From: an uncultured Leptospirales bacterium
GTDB taxonomy: Bacteria; Spirochaetota; UBA4802; UBA5550
DNA: 64,000 bases
Assembly (NCBI GenBank): GCA_964439325.1
Contig: CAYTNW010000002.1
Location: 31,821-95,820 of the forward strand
Direction of reading: 5' to 3'
In this document: positions 28,534 to 37,818 of the stretch, piece after piece
Numbering within the stretch: the first letter of the stretch is position 1
Layout: each line of letters starts with the position of its first letter
Notes under the pieces: generated by a model
Told to the model about the DNA's origin: nothing
Databases searched by the model: none
Seen by the model: only the letters and a program-made list of their open reading frames with translations
Translations under genes and position numbers: made by a program

Positions 28534-29955
28534 ATGAATTTTAACAGAAGTATTCTTGCAGTAATAATTTTAGTTTCCGGAATTATGATAACCTTTACAG
28601 GGTGCAAGGATGATGACAGTAATAACATTGTCTCATCAGACGGGATAGAGTATCACAATGTGGATGCGTGTCTCATTACCGAAGATGGTAATGTTACAAA
28701 CTGCGATGCGGTAAAAGCATCAGAAAATTTAAAAGCCTCTTCTTCCATAGAACAGAAATCTGCTGCAGCGGAGAAGGCGACTACAGCGACTCTCGGTACA
28801 AATTATCTTTATTACCTTGCAAGAATACTCCCTCCAAAGGTAGATGGTAACTATGTTCAGTCAAACATGGTGCTCCTTTCAACGAACGGAAAGAAGGCAT
28901 TTATCGCTTATAATACAGCAGGTGATACATTCCGCGGGGCTATTCAGATTGTAAACGTTGATGCTTTGAGTCTGCTGCTGGGGATCACGACAGAGTATAA
29001 GTTTTCCGACATGGATATAAACTCCATATATCTCGATGGGGATACGCTTTTCTTCGGCGCGTCGCAGAATCCTGATAATAATTCTGATTTTGCTATGACA
29101 TTTGTCGGGCATATCAGCATCAGCAATCCGGAAAGCCTTGCGACAGTTAAGGCGAATATGGTAAGATTAAATCTGAATGACGATCTGGCTGCGCTCTCAC
29201 CAAGAGGGAGTTATGCTGTGACCAGTATTACCGGGACAAACAGTTCCTATTTTATATCTGTCGGGGCGTATCCGGGTGGTATACTGAAAGTGAGCAAAAC
29301 ACTTGTGAACAACAAGCTTGATATAGCCAATGCTGTATTTACACAATACAGTGATGTAAGGAGCATGACCTCTTTCAATACAAATCTCTATGCTCTGCAG
29401 GGAACTGACCTCGGGGATGGAAATACAGCGGCTGCAAACGGTAATGTCCTTTTAAACAACGGGTCTTCCTGGACTCCTTACTCAATTTCAGATTTTGGCC
29501 CGGCCGGTTACAAGGCGACTATTGATCTTTATAAAGATCCTTCAAAAAATGAAAATGGACTCATATTCCTGGGGTTGTCGGCAAACGGATTAAAGGTTAT
29601 GTCGATGGCGGATTCAGACGGCGCGCTGACTCAAATTGCATCAATATCCAATCCGGCATTAAGCGCGGCGTCTATAGCTGAAGGATACCTTGCGAATACC
29701 AACAGCGCCTCCTATGACAGCGATTTTATTTTCAGTGCAAACGGAAATTACGGTTTCAGGGTTTTTAAAAACAGTAATAACGGCAGTAATAAAATTACTA
29801 ATCCGAATTTTCAGATTGTTGGATATCACAATATGCAGGGCCTTACATACGGCGGAGTCGAGTATTCTGCAAATGATTCGGCATACAGAAACCAGGTACT
29901 TCTTGTGGCTGCCGGAGAAGGGGGAGTCTGCGTATATCTGCTCCTTACTAAATAA
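28534..29955 (+). CDS. lipoprotein, probable beta-propeller (LVIVD-like repeats)
   Basis: MNFNRSILAVIILVSGIMITFTGC lipobox. Recurring strands such as ANGLKVMSM, GNYGFRVFK and AAGEGGVCVYLL. Confidence 0.65.
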   Translation: MNFNRSILAVIILVSGIMITFTGCKDDDSNNIVSSDGIEYHNVDACLITEDGNVTNCDAVKASENLKASSSIEQKSAAAEKATTATLGTNYLYYLARILPPKVDGNYVQSNMVLLSTNGKKAFIAYNTAGDTFRGAIQIVNVDALSLLLGITTEYKFSDMDINSIYLDGDTLFFGASQNPDNNSDFAMTFVGHISISNPESLATVKANMVRLNLNDDLAALSPRGSYAVTSITGTNSSYFISVGAYPGGILKVSKTLVNNKLDIANAVFTQYSDVRSMTSFNTNLYALQGTDLGDGNTAAANGNVLLNNGSSWTPYSISDFGPAGYKATIDLYKDPSKNENGLIFLGLSANGLKVMSMADSDGALTQIASISNPALSAASIAEGYLANTNSASYDSDFIFSANGNYGFRVFKNSNNGSNKITNPNFQIVGYHNMQGLTYGGVEYSANDSAYRNQVLLVAAGEGGVCVYLLLTK

Positions 29956-29977
29956 AACTGATTTATACTGTTAATTA

Positions 29978-30020
29978 AAGGGATCATCCACTATTGAAGG
30001 GGATGGTTCCTTTTTTTTTT
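29978..30020 (+). terminator. rho-independent terminator
   Basis: aaagggatcatcc-actattgaag-gggatggttcc followed by T10. Confidence 0.8.
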
Positions 30021-30196
30021 GTATCCTCTTTCACAAATTTAATTCTGCTGCTTTCCGTGACGAATTATATATCAACAAATGATAGTTTATTTCCGAATTT
30101 AGTATTATATTGATATTAAAGCATATTACCGGTTGCCCAAACGGAATTTATCGATTTATACCGGATAAAAGACGATTCAAATTTCTGGGGAGAAAT

Positions 30197-31618
30197 ATGA
30201 AAAATATAGTAAAATTTATAATAGTTATACTTTTCTGTTTAGGTGCAGGTTCCGCTTATTCGAGAACAGCAGTTGAGGCGATGAATGAGGGGAGGATGAA
30301 CCTATACAGCGGCAGAATAGATGAGGGTATCAGACTGCTGGAAGAAGCCTACTCTATGGATAAAAATTCACCCTACATAAAACTGCTGCTGGCAAAAGGC
30401 TACAGCTGGAACAACCAGTGGGATAAGGCGGTATCCCTGTATAAAGAGGTGACAGCTTCATCAAAACCGGAGGAACAGGTATACTGGGAGGGGAAGTTCG
30501 GCATCGCGCAGGTTACTTCATGGCAGAAGAAATATGATGAGGCGCTGGAGCTGTACCGGAGCATTATCGGCTCATATAAGAAGATCCCGAAAAATTTCAG
30601 CATTGATGTGAACCTCGCGATAGGGGACATTTACTCCTGGAAGATGGAAAATGATAATGCACTGGAACAGTTCAACAGTATGCTGGCCCAGTATCCTGAC
30701 AATATTATGATTCTGAACCGGATTGCAAAGATACACCTCTGGGCAGGAGATTACCAGAAGTCCAGGGAGTACACCGATAAAGTTTTAACCCTTGACGGGA
30801 AGGACCATGACTCGGCCGAAAGGAAAAGGGTTCTTGATCAGATAAAAACCTTCTCGGTTACAGCGGGATACGATTATACATATTATACCTCGAAAAATAC
30901 CGAGGGTGACAATATTAATGTACATAACTCGATGCTCGGTCTTAACTGGCAGTATTCAATTCCGCTGAGAGTATTCTCATACGTGACCAATGTTGTTCAG
31001 AACTCCATAGAGACCGATGATCCGGAAAAGGCATCAAAATGGAATTATGATACGAACGTCAGGGGTGGAGGGATATATCGTGTAAATTCACTGACCTTCG
31101 TTTCATTTGCGGCGGATTACACCTACAACGCGAAGATCTTTCCCGATTTCAGCTCCGAGATGACGCTTAGCAGAAAGCTTACTCCGAATATCGACGTTGT
31201 GGGTCTTTACAAGTTTACATACGACAGGCTTGACACAAACCAGACTGTAAAAAGTAAAAAATACAATCTTGTTTCACCGGGACTGATTTTTTACTACAGT
31301 CCGGAGATTTATAACAGGCTGCAGTTCTACGTTGAATCCGATTTCAAGGATGTGTATTATTCTGTATTGATACATCAGCATCTCGGTTTAAATCCGGAAA
31401 ACATATTCCAGTTTTTTGTTTTCCTCAGCCAGGGTAGAACCTACCTGACGTTTTCTGATACCAGTGTTCTGCAGAAGGTAACCACTTACAGCGTTTCGTT
31501 TACATATACGCATTTTTTTACTCCGGACTGGGGAATAGAGTGTGCCACAGGCCTCACAACGAGGGTCAACAGTTACAACAACTTCCATGGCGGATTGAAC
31601 GTAATATACAAATGGTGA
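30197..31618 (+). CDS. outer-membrane protein: N-terminal TPR domain + C-terminal beta-barrel (PgaA/BcsC/NfrA-like architecture)
   Basis: ATG 30197 follows GGGGAG. Signal peptide MKNIVKFIIVILFCLGAGSAYS. TPR-like helices to ~aa 230, then an alternating aromatic/polar pattern ending GGLNVIYKW. Confidence 0.7.
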   Translation: MKNIVKFIIVILFCLGAGSAYSRTAVEAMNEGRMNLYSGRIDEGIRLLEEAYSMDKNSPYIKLLLAKGYSWNNQWDKAVSLYKEVTASSKPEEQVYWEGKFGIAQVTSWQKKYDEALELYRSIIGSYKKIPKNFSIDVNLAIGDIYSWKMENDNALEQFNSMLAQYPDNIMILNRIAKIHLWAGDYQKSREYTDKVLTLDGKDHDSAERKRVLDQIKTFSVTAGYDYTYYTSKNTEGDNINVHNSMLGLNWQYSIPLRVFSYVTNVVQNSIETDDPEKASKWNYDTNVRGGGIYRVNSLTFVSFAADYTYNAKIFPDFSSEMTLSRKLTPNIDVVGLYKFTYDRLDTNQTVKSKKYNLVSPGLIFYYSPEIYNRLQFYVESDFKDVYYSVLIHQHLGLNPENIFQFFVFLSQGRTYLTFSDTSVLQKVTTYSVSFTYTHFFTPDWGIECATGLTTRVNSYNNFHGGLNVIYKW

Positions 31619-31672
31619 CCACTCTTGCCGGTAATAATTTCTGTAAAAATGTAAAGGGACCGGGATACTGCT

Positions 31673-33718
31673 TTGGATGAGAAACCTGTAGAGATTCATG
31701 ATAACATTTTCCGGGTAGGGGCCAATCTGCAGGTCAATGATCTGCATATTAATTCATACCTGATGGTTGATGGAGACGAGGGTATTCTCTTTGGACCCGG
31801 TTCTGCTGTTGATTTTGACAAGACGTACGAAAATATTTTAAAAATAATACCTGTTGAAAAATTACGGTATGTCATTCTGCACAGCCAGGACCCTTCGGTC
31901 TGCGCGTCTTTACCGCTGTTAGAACAGAACGGTTTTTCCGGAAAGATAGTTACACATATGAGAAGCGCGTATTTTATCAAGCATTACGGCATCTCATCTT
32001 TTTTCTTTTATACCAATCTTAACGCCAACAGGCTTGTCCTGGGATCGGGACGTGTAATAAGTTTTCTTAACACCCCGTATCTTAAATCAGCCGGATCATT
32101 CATTTCGTATGACAGCCGGTCGGGAATACTTTTTTCCGGGGACCTGTTCGGGGCATTTCAGAAGCGTTGGAGCCTTTATGCTGACGATACCTACCTTGAA
32201 GAGATGATAAAGTATCATGAGGAGTATGTTCCCGAGAGCGAATTTTTACGGTATTATCTCGAAATCCTGGTTAAAAAAGAGATCTCGATCATTGCTCCTC
32301 AATACGGATCGGTGATTACTAAAGATATAAGGAAATGCATCACAGCTCTGATGGATGTGAAAAGCGGGGCGTTTTTCAATAATACAAAGATCGCTCTCCC
32401 TCTTACCGGCGGGACGGCTGGTATCTGCAACGGTTTTCTTAAAGTGTATTACTCGGCTTTTACCAGAGATGAGGTGATGGAGGTTTTCAAGGGGAGCGGT
32501 ATCCGGCTCGATGAAAAAACAGGCCTTATTACAGGATTTGACTTTGGTGTTGATGATCTGTGGAACCGTTTTTTTGAGATAATAGTCATCCGCAAAGGAC
32601 TTGAGTGGATCAACATAATAGAGGTTGAACTGCACAGAGCTGTCCTTGAAAATAAAATGAAATATCCTGATATTATATATAGATCATCGCTGCATGAGAT
32701 GGAGGAGAAATATAAAAAACTTGAGAACGAGAGGACCTCGCTCGTAGAGACCCTGCATGCTATTGAAAAAGAGTACCAGATAAAGGAGAACCAGCTGTTC
32801 AAGGATCCTCTCGCCCAGGTGTACAAGGAGGATATGTTTATTGAAAATCTTACCTCTGACATCGCGGTATGGAGAGATCTGGGGATAGAATTCGCTTTTT
32901 TCATTATTGAAATAGACAACCTTATTCAGCTTAATAACAGGTACGGAAGAGAGGTGGGAGATGAGCTGCTTGCTAACAGCTCATATTTACTTAAAAATTT
33001 TAAAAAGGCGAACAAATCCTATGCGCATCATCTTATCTTCAGAATGAACGGGCCGAGGTTTACCTATTACTGCAATGACGTTACAAAGGACGAGATCGCT
33101 TCAATTGCCGAAGATGTGAGGAAGGAGTTCCGGGATTCAAAAATTTTTATAACAGGAATCACGGTTTCTATCGGAGTAATCCATTCCTCCGACCTGACAG
33201 AAACAAATACCTGTGATGATTCTGAAATTGCCGGGAATATTGTTAAAATCGCGAACTCCAGGCTGAGGCTTGCAAAGCATAAGGGGAGTGACTCGGTCTG
33301 CAGCGATTCAGCACCGCAATCCGGACCCGAGAGTGAGGATTATGTAATGGTTATAGATCCCGACATAAGTCTGAGGTATATGCTTGAAACTCATCTCTCA
33401 AGCGCAGGTTTTAAGGTGTTTACCTGCGCGATGGGTGATGAAGCCCTTGAGAAAATTGATATAATGAAACCGGCTGTGATCATCAGCGGAATGATGCTCC
33501 CGAAGATGGACGGATTTACCCTGAGAGCAAAACTTCTAGAGGAGTCCGCGCTTAAAGATATACCCTTCATAATGACATCGTCTATAAAGGATGATAAATC
33601 TATAATAAGGGCCCAGTCTCTCGGAATATACCACTATTTTAAAAAACCTTATTCTATTGTCGAGCTGATAGGGCTGGTTAAACATATAAAAAGCAGAATT
33701 GAAGATCATGCTCAGTAA
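31673..33718 (+). CDS. multidomain signalling protein: FprA/ODP-type MBL-like domain + coiled coil + degenerate GGDEF (NGPRF) + receiver-like domain lacking the acceptor Asp
   Basis: VEIHDNIFRVG...NSYLMVDGDEGILFGPG...LRYVILHSQDPS; IEIDNLIQLNNRYGREVGDELL...FRMNGPRFTYY; VMVIDPDISLRYML...AVIISGMMLPKMDGF...YHYFKKP. TTG start; the exact start is uncertain. Confidence 0.75.
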   Translation: MDEKPVEIHDNIFRVGANLQVNDLHINSYLMVDGDEGILFGPGSAVDFDKTYENILKIIPVEKLRYVILHSQDPSVCASLPLLEQNGFSGKIVTHMRSAYFIKHYGISSFFFYTNLNANRLVLGSGRVISFLNTPYLKSAGSFISYDSRSGILFSGDLFGAFQKRWSLYADDTYLEEMIKYHEEYVPESEFLRYYLEILVKKEISIIAPQYGSVITKDIRKCITALMDVKSGAFFNNTKIALPLTGGTAGICNGFLKVYYSAFTRDEVMEVFKGSGIRLDEKTGLITGFDFGVDDLWNRFFEIIVIRKGLEWINIIEVELHRAVLENKMKYPDIIYRSSLHEMEEKYKKLENERTSLVETLHAIEKEYQIKENQLFKDPLAQVYKEDMFIENLTSDIAVWRDLGIEFAFFIIEIDNLIQLNNRYGREVGDELLANSSYLLKNFKKANKSYAHHLIFRMNGPRFTYYCNDVTKDEIASIAEDVRKEFRDSKIFITGITVSIGVIHSSDLTETNTCDDSEIAGNIVKIANSRLRLAKHKGSDSVCSDSAPQSGPESEDYVMVIDPDISLRYMLETHLSSAGFKVFTCAMGDEALEKIDIMKPAVIISGMMLPKMDGFTLRAKLLEESALKDIPFIMTSSIKDDKSIIRAQSLGIYHYFKKPYSIVELIGLVKHIKSRIEDHAQ

Positions 33719-36554
33719 TATTACATTAATAATAATCGTATGTGTATTGCTTCTTGCGGATATTTTATGCGCGATACTTCTTTTTTATTCAAAAGGCAGG
33801 AGGCGCAGACGGGCTGAAAAGTATTCAAGACTGGAAAAACGCGTGATAGACGCACTGGCCGGTTTTGGTGACGATATCGACCTCCCCGGTTTAAAAATCG
33901 ATCCGGGGATGCTCTTTTCAATTTTTAAAAGCATTACGGTTTCCATAGAATTATCAGAGACGGTAAAGCGGAAATTTATAGATTTTTTTAACGAAACAGG
34001 CATTGTAAAAAAATACTGCCTTCGTATTAAATCGCTCAGCAGGATCAAACGCTCGGAGGCAGCACTGAACCTTGCCTTTCTGCCATGCAACAGAAGCCGC
34101 AGAACCCTTGAATCGGCGATGGAGAATGAGAAGCATTATCATATCAAAGTCTTCATCGTTAATTCACTTATCGAGATTGATGATTCTGACGCCATTCCGT
34201 ATATACTCCAGACCCTGATAGGGTCACCTCAGTGGTATAAGGAAAAAATATGCAGCATAATGTGGCAGTTCAGTGACAAGCTGCATAGTTTCCTTATAAA
34301 TCTGAGCTCCATTGACCTGAAAGATCTGAAGATGGTAATAGTTTCCTTTGCCAAATACTATTTTTCACCCGATCTGAAGGCTCTGCTGCTGGAATTTATT
34401 AAATCCGATGACCCGGATATCGCGAATCCTGCATCAGACGCGTGTCTTAAATTCTATCCTGAGCAGCTGCGTTCCGGGAAATATATCAAGTCCGCGAAGC
34501 CGTATATAAAACGGAATGCGGTTGCCGCCACAGGGCTTCTTGCAACAGCAGAGTCTATCGAGACGCTTGCAGGCGCAATGCGCGACGGTGAAATCTTTGA
34601 TATGTGTGTTTCGGCCATATCGGGAATCATAATCAGTAACAGCCAGCTTTTACAGGTAGTTGAGTCGCGGTTTACTACGGAAACCGACCCTGTTATTAAA
34701 AAGGGGCTGGCGGAGGTGCTTTCCAACCGGATTGAATATATTCTTACGAAGCTCAGATTTGACAATTCCGAAAAGCTGAAAAAACTGATTGTTGATATAA
34801 TTTCTCAGGGCAACTTAAGCAGCACAATCGCTTTTCTGAATGAAAACAGCGACCAGAAACTTGAAGGGAGAATCTGTGAAGCTGTTGAACCTCTTCTCCA
34901 AACGAGGGATGACATTGTCCGTGAATTCAGGCTGTATCTCAACGAACGTGTTCTTGAAAAGATGAAGCTTGCGAAGCTTGAACCACAGAAGGGCGATCCG
35001 AGAGCGGAGGTCGTGCGTATAGATCTGCTGAGAGTGTTTCTCGGGATAGCGGTACTGTCTTTTCCGGCTGCATTTATAATAAACTACTGGGGGACTTTTG
35101 TCCACGCCGGATTTTACGGAACACTGAAAAATCTGTTTTACCTGTTTAACTATTTTTTCGCTTTTTACGGGATTACGCTGAACTCAATATATCTGCTGCT
35201 GCTGGTCTTCTCTTTTATCGGTTCAAGAATGGAACTGCGGTGCTGGAACATGAAGGACACAAGGTTTCTGTTTAAGCAGGGGATCCTCCCGTCGATATCG
35301 ATTATTGCTCCGGCGTACGGAGAAGAGGCGACGATTATCGAGAGCGTCAGCTCCCTGCTGAACCTCAGTTATCCCGACTATGAGGTAATAGTCGTCAATG
35401 ACGGTTCAACCGACAATACGCTGCGGACCCTGATAGATAACTTTAATTTAAAACGGGTGGACATGGATGTCGCTGAAAAACTTAAAACAGGTTCACTGCG
35501 CGGTCTTTACAGGAACAGATATATACCAAACCTTACAGTGGTGGACAAGGTAAACGGAGGTAAGGCCGATTCTCTGAATGCGGGGATAAATATCGCAACA
35601 AAAGAGTATTTCTGCGGAATTGACGCGGATTCACTGCTGGAGAGGGATTCGCTGCTTAAAATGGCATCGCCATTTCTCGATTCGGACAGGGAGGTGATAG
35701 CTACCGGGGGAAACATCGTGCCGGTCAACGGCTGTACGGTGGATAAGGGCTACCTTACCAGGATACAGATACCGGGAAATTTTCTTTCAAGGCTGCAGAC
35801 AATGGAGTACATAAGATCGTTCATATCGGGCAGGATAGGCTGGGCCACTATACGGTGTCTGCTTATAATTTCCGGGGCATTCGGGCTGTTCAGAAAATCC
35901 TCGGTGATTGCGAGCGGCGGATACATGACAGGTAAAGAGAAATTCGGCAAAGACACTGTCGGGGAGGATATGGAGCTTGTCGTCCGGCTGATAAAGGATT
36001 CAAAAAGGAGGGGTGAGAACGGAAATGTGAATTATGTATTCAATGCAAACTGCTGGACAGAGGTCCCGGAGAGCTACACTATTCTACGGAAGCAGCGTGA
36101 CCGCTGGCAGAGGGGACTGCTTGATATAATGACGTTTCATATCGGTATGCTGTTCAATCCGCTATACAGAGAAGTGGGGCTGATTGCGTTTCCGTATTTC
36201 ATAATTTTTGAAGTGATAGGTCCGTGGATCGAGGCACAGGGACTTTTTATGTTCATTACTGCACTTGCGATGGGACTGCTGACTACACATATTGTATTGC
36301 TGTTTTTCATCGGTACTATTTTTATGGGGATAGCTGTATCGATAACCTCTTTTTATATTATGGAGAGGGGAAACAACTATTTTTCCAACAAGGATATATC
36401 GGTCCTGATTTTATATGCGTTTATCGAAAATTTCGGAATAAGGCAGTATTTCAGCCTGCTCAGACTCGGCGGATATATAAATGCGCTGAGAAATGTACAG
36501 GGGTGGGGTAAAATGGTCCGCAAAGGATTTCAGAACAAGCCTGGTACTGCATAG
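33708..36554 (+). CDS. membrane-embedded processive family-2 glycosyltransferase fused to an N-terminal HEAT-like repeat domain
   Basis: ATG 33708 (11-nt overlap with the upstream gene). N-terminal TM, ~400 aa of helical repeats, TM pair, GT2 core IIAPAYGEE...VVNDGSTDNT...GIDADS...GEDMELV...QRDRWQRG, then C-terminal TM helices. Confidence 0.8.
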   Translation: MLSNITLIIIVCVLLLADILCAILLFYSKGRRRRRAEKYSRLEKRVIDALAGFGDDIDLPGLKIDPGMLFSIFKSITVSIELSETVKRKFIDFFNETGIVKKYCLRIKSLSRIKRSEAALNLAFLPCNRSRRTLESAMENEKHYHIKVFIVNSLIEIDDSDAIPYILQTLIGSPQWYKEKICSIMWQFSDKLHSFLINLSSIDLKDLKMVIVSFAKYYFSPDLKALLLEFIKSDDPDIANPASDACLKFYPEQLRSGKYIKSAKPYIKRNAVAATGLLATAESIETLAGAMRDGEIFDMCVSAISGIIISNSQLLQVVESRFTTETDPVIKKGLAEVLSNRIEYILTKLRFDNSEKLKKLIVDIISQGNLSSTIAFLNENSDQKLEGRICEAVEPLLQTRDDIVREFRLYLNERVLEKMKLAKLEPQKGDPRAEVVRIDLLRVFLGIAVLSFPAAFIINYWGTFVHAGFYGTLKNLFYLFNYFFAFYGITLNSIYLLLLVFSFIGSRMELRCWNMKDTRFLFKQGILPSISIIAPAYGEEATIIESVSSLLNLSYPDYEVIVVNDGSTDNTLRTLIDNFNLKRVDMDVAEKLKTGSLRGLYRNRYIPNLTVVDKVNGGKADSLNAGINIATKEYFCGIDADSLLERDSLLKMASPFLDSDREVIATGGNIVPVNGCTVDKGYLTRIQIPGNFLSRLQTMEYIRSFISGRIGWATIRCLLIISGAFGLFRKSSVIASGGYMTGKEKFGKDTVGEDMELVVRLIKDSKRRGENGNVNYVFNANCWTEVPESYTILRKQRDRWQRGLLDIMTFHIGMLFNPLYREVGLIAFPYFIIFEVIGPWIEAQGLFMFITALAMGLLTTHIVLLFFIGTIFMGIAVSITSFYIMERGNNYFSNKDISVLILYAFIENFGIRQYFSLLRLGGYINALRNVQGWGKMVRKGFQNKPGTA

Positions 36555-36581
36555 CAGTTTTCATAAAAACAGGAAACTGCT
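36553..36581 (+). terminator. hairpin immediately after the GT2 stop codon
   Basis: agcagttttc-ataaaaaca-ggaaactgct (9/10 bp). No U-run. Confidence 0.4.
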
Positions 36582-36683
36582 GATGTGATACATCGATCAC
36601 GGACATCCATTATATGTTAAACTAAATATAGAGATATAGATTTCAGGATACAATATATTGATAGTGGGGAGAACTAAGGGCAT

Positions 36684-36823
36684 CCTGCATCAGGACGTCC
36701 TGTCCGTCAGACGTCTCACCATTTTCGAGGTAAATCAGCTTTAAAAAAACCTCGAAAATGTGAGGATTCGTGGATTTACTTCACGAAACCGCTTTTAAAC
36801 GCGCCACGGATGGACTTTTTCAG
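36684..36823. repeat. ~140-nt structured intergenic repeat, inverted relative to 23640-23777
   Basis: catcaggacgtcctg...ctcaccattttcgagg-loop-cctcgaaaatgtgagg...cacgaaaccg...ccacggatggactttttcag. Confidence 0.6.
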
Positions 36824-36837
36824 GATATTGCTCAATA

Positions 36838-37359
36838 TCAGATAAGGTCATCTTCCAGAAGATTTTTCACAAGTTCGCTTTTAATATCGTCAAGAACATC
36901 ATCCGGGATATCGTCCGGGCGGTCATATTCCGCACAAAGATCCATAAGTATTTCAAGGGAGTTGATCAGCAGACTGTAGTAGTACCAGTCTCTCATCAGC
37001 TCTGCTGCGAACAGGACCTGCCGGTCAGTTAGTTCGTTCCATGCGACGCAGAGAAAATGTTTGCAGGTGCCGGTGAAGAAAGATTCGAATCCGCATCCCG
37101 TATGGTCGTCATTATATGTGAGACAGCAGACAATCCCCGGCTCATCATCAGTTATTCCGACGTTTCCGCACTGCATCCCCTCTTTTACGAGTTTAGGTTC
37201 ACTGGATTGCTCCGGATGTTTCAGTTTGCGGCGTGAATTTGATTCATTCCCCCTGCCGATAAATATATCCTCTATCTGTTCCGGAGAAACTGTATAGTTA
37301 TGGCTTCCGCAGCAGAATGAACAGGAGGCGCCGTACCCGGGACGGCAGCGGTTTATCAT
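36838..37359 (-). CDS. cysteine-rich hypothetical protein with acidic C-terminus
   Basis: 173 aa. CRPGYGASCSFCCGSH...GIVCCLTYNDDHTGCGFESFFTGTCKHFLC, then a D/E-rich tail. Only loosely reminiscent of CxxCxxCC (YkgJ-type) proteins. Confidence 0.5.
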   Translation of the reverse strand: MINRCRPGYGASCSFCCGSHNYTVSPEQIEDIFIGRGNESNSRRKLKHPEQSSEPKLVKEGMQCGNVGITDDEPGIVCCLTYNDDHTGCGFESFFTGTCKHFLCVAWNELTDRQVLFAAELMRDWYYYSLLINSLEILMDLCAEYDRPDDIPDDVLDDIKSELVKNLLEDDLI

Positions 37360-37818
37360 TTTATCGGTGTTCGTATATCTCTCCTCATAGATCAGTTATG
37401 CAGACCGGTAACGGTGCAGCTGATAGTTGGACCGGAGTACGGAAAACTGTCAATAGCAAAAAATCTTTTTGCAGTCCAGTATCACGAATGGTGTTTAATG
37501 CTGGCTGCCTGCATTAAACCTGTCGAAAAGTGCAGTTTGACTGCGCTCACTGACCACGGAGCCGAAACATGGTATAGTATTAAATCAGGTGTAGACGTCT
37601 ATATTTGATTTTACATATCTCTCCGGCGGCTGTTATGACAAATCCGTTAAAATAGAGGTGTATTAATAGTTGACAGCAATTCTTATTTGTACAAGAATAC
37701 TATTAAACTTTGGATAAGATAGTCCTGATTTTAAAGTTTTCCTGAATAAGAGAGGCTGTTAATAAATCTGCACCAGTGATAGATCAGATTATAAAATAAA
37801 AATGAAACCGGGTATATT

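Noticed and set aside
37075-37095. agattcgaatccgca resembles a tRNA T-loop (GGTTCGAATCC).
   Set aside because: The flanking bases cannot form a T-stem or acceptor stem, and it lies inside a coding frame. No other tRNA-like cloverleaf was seen in the window.
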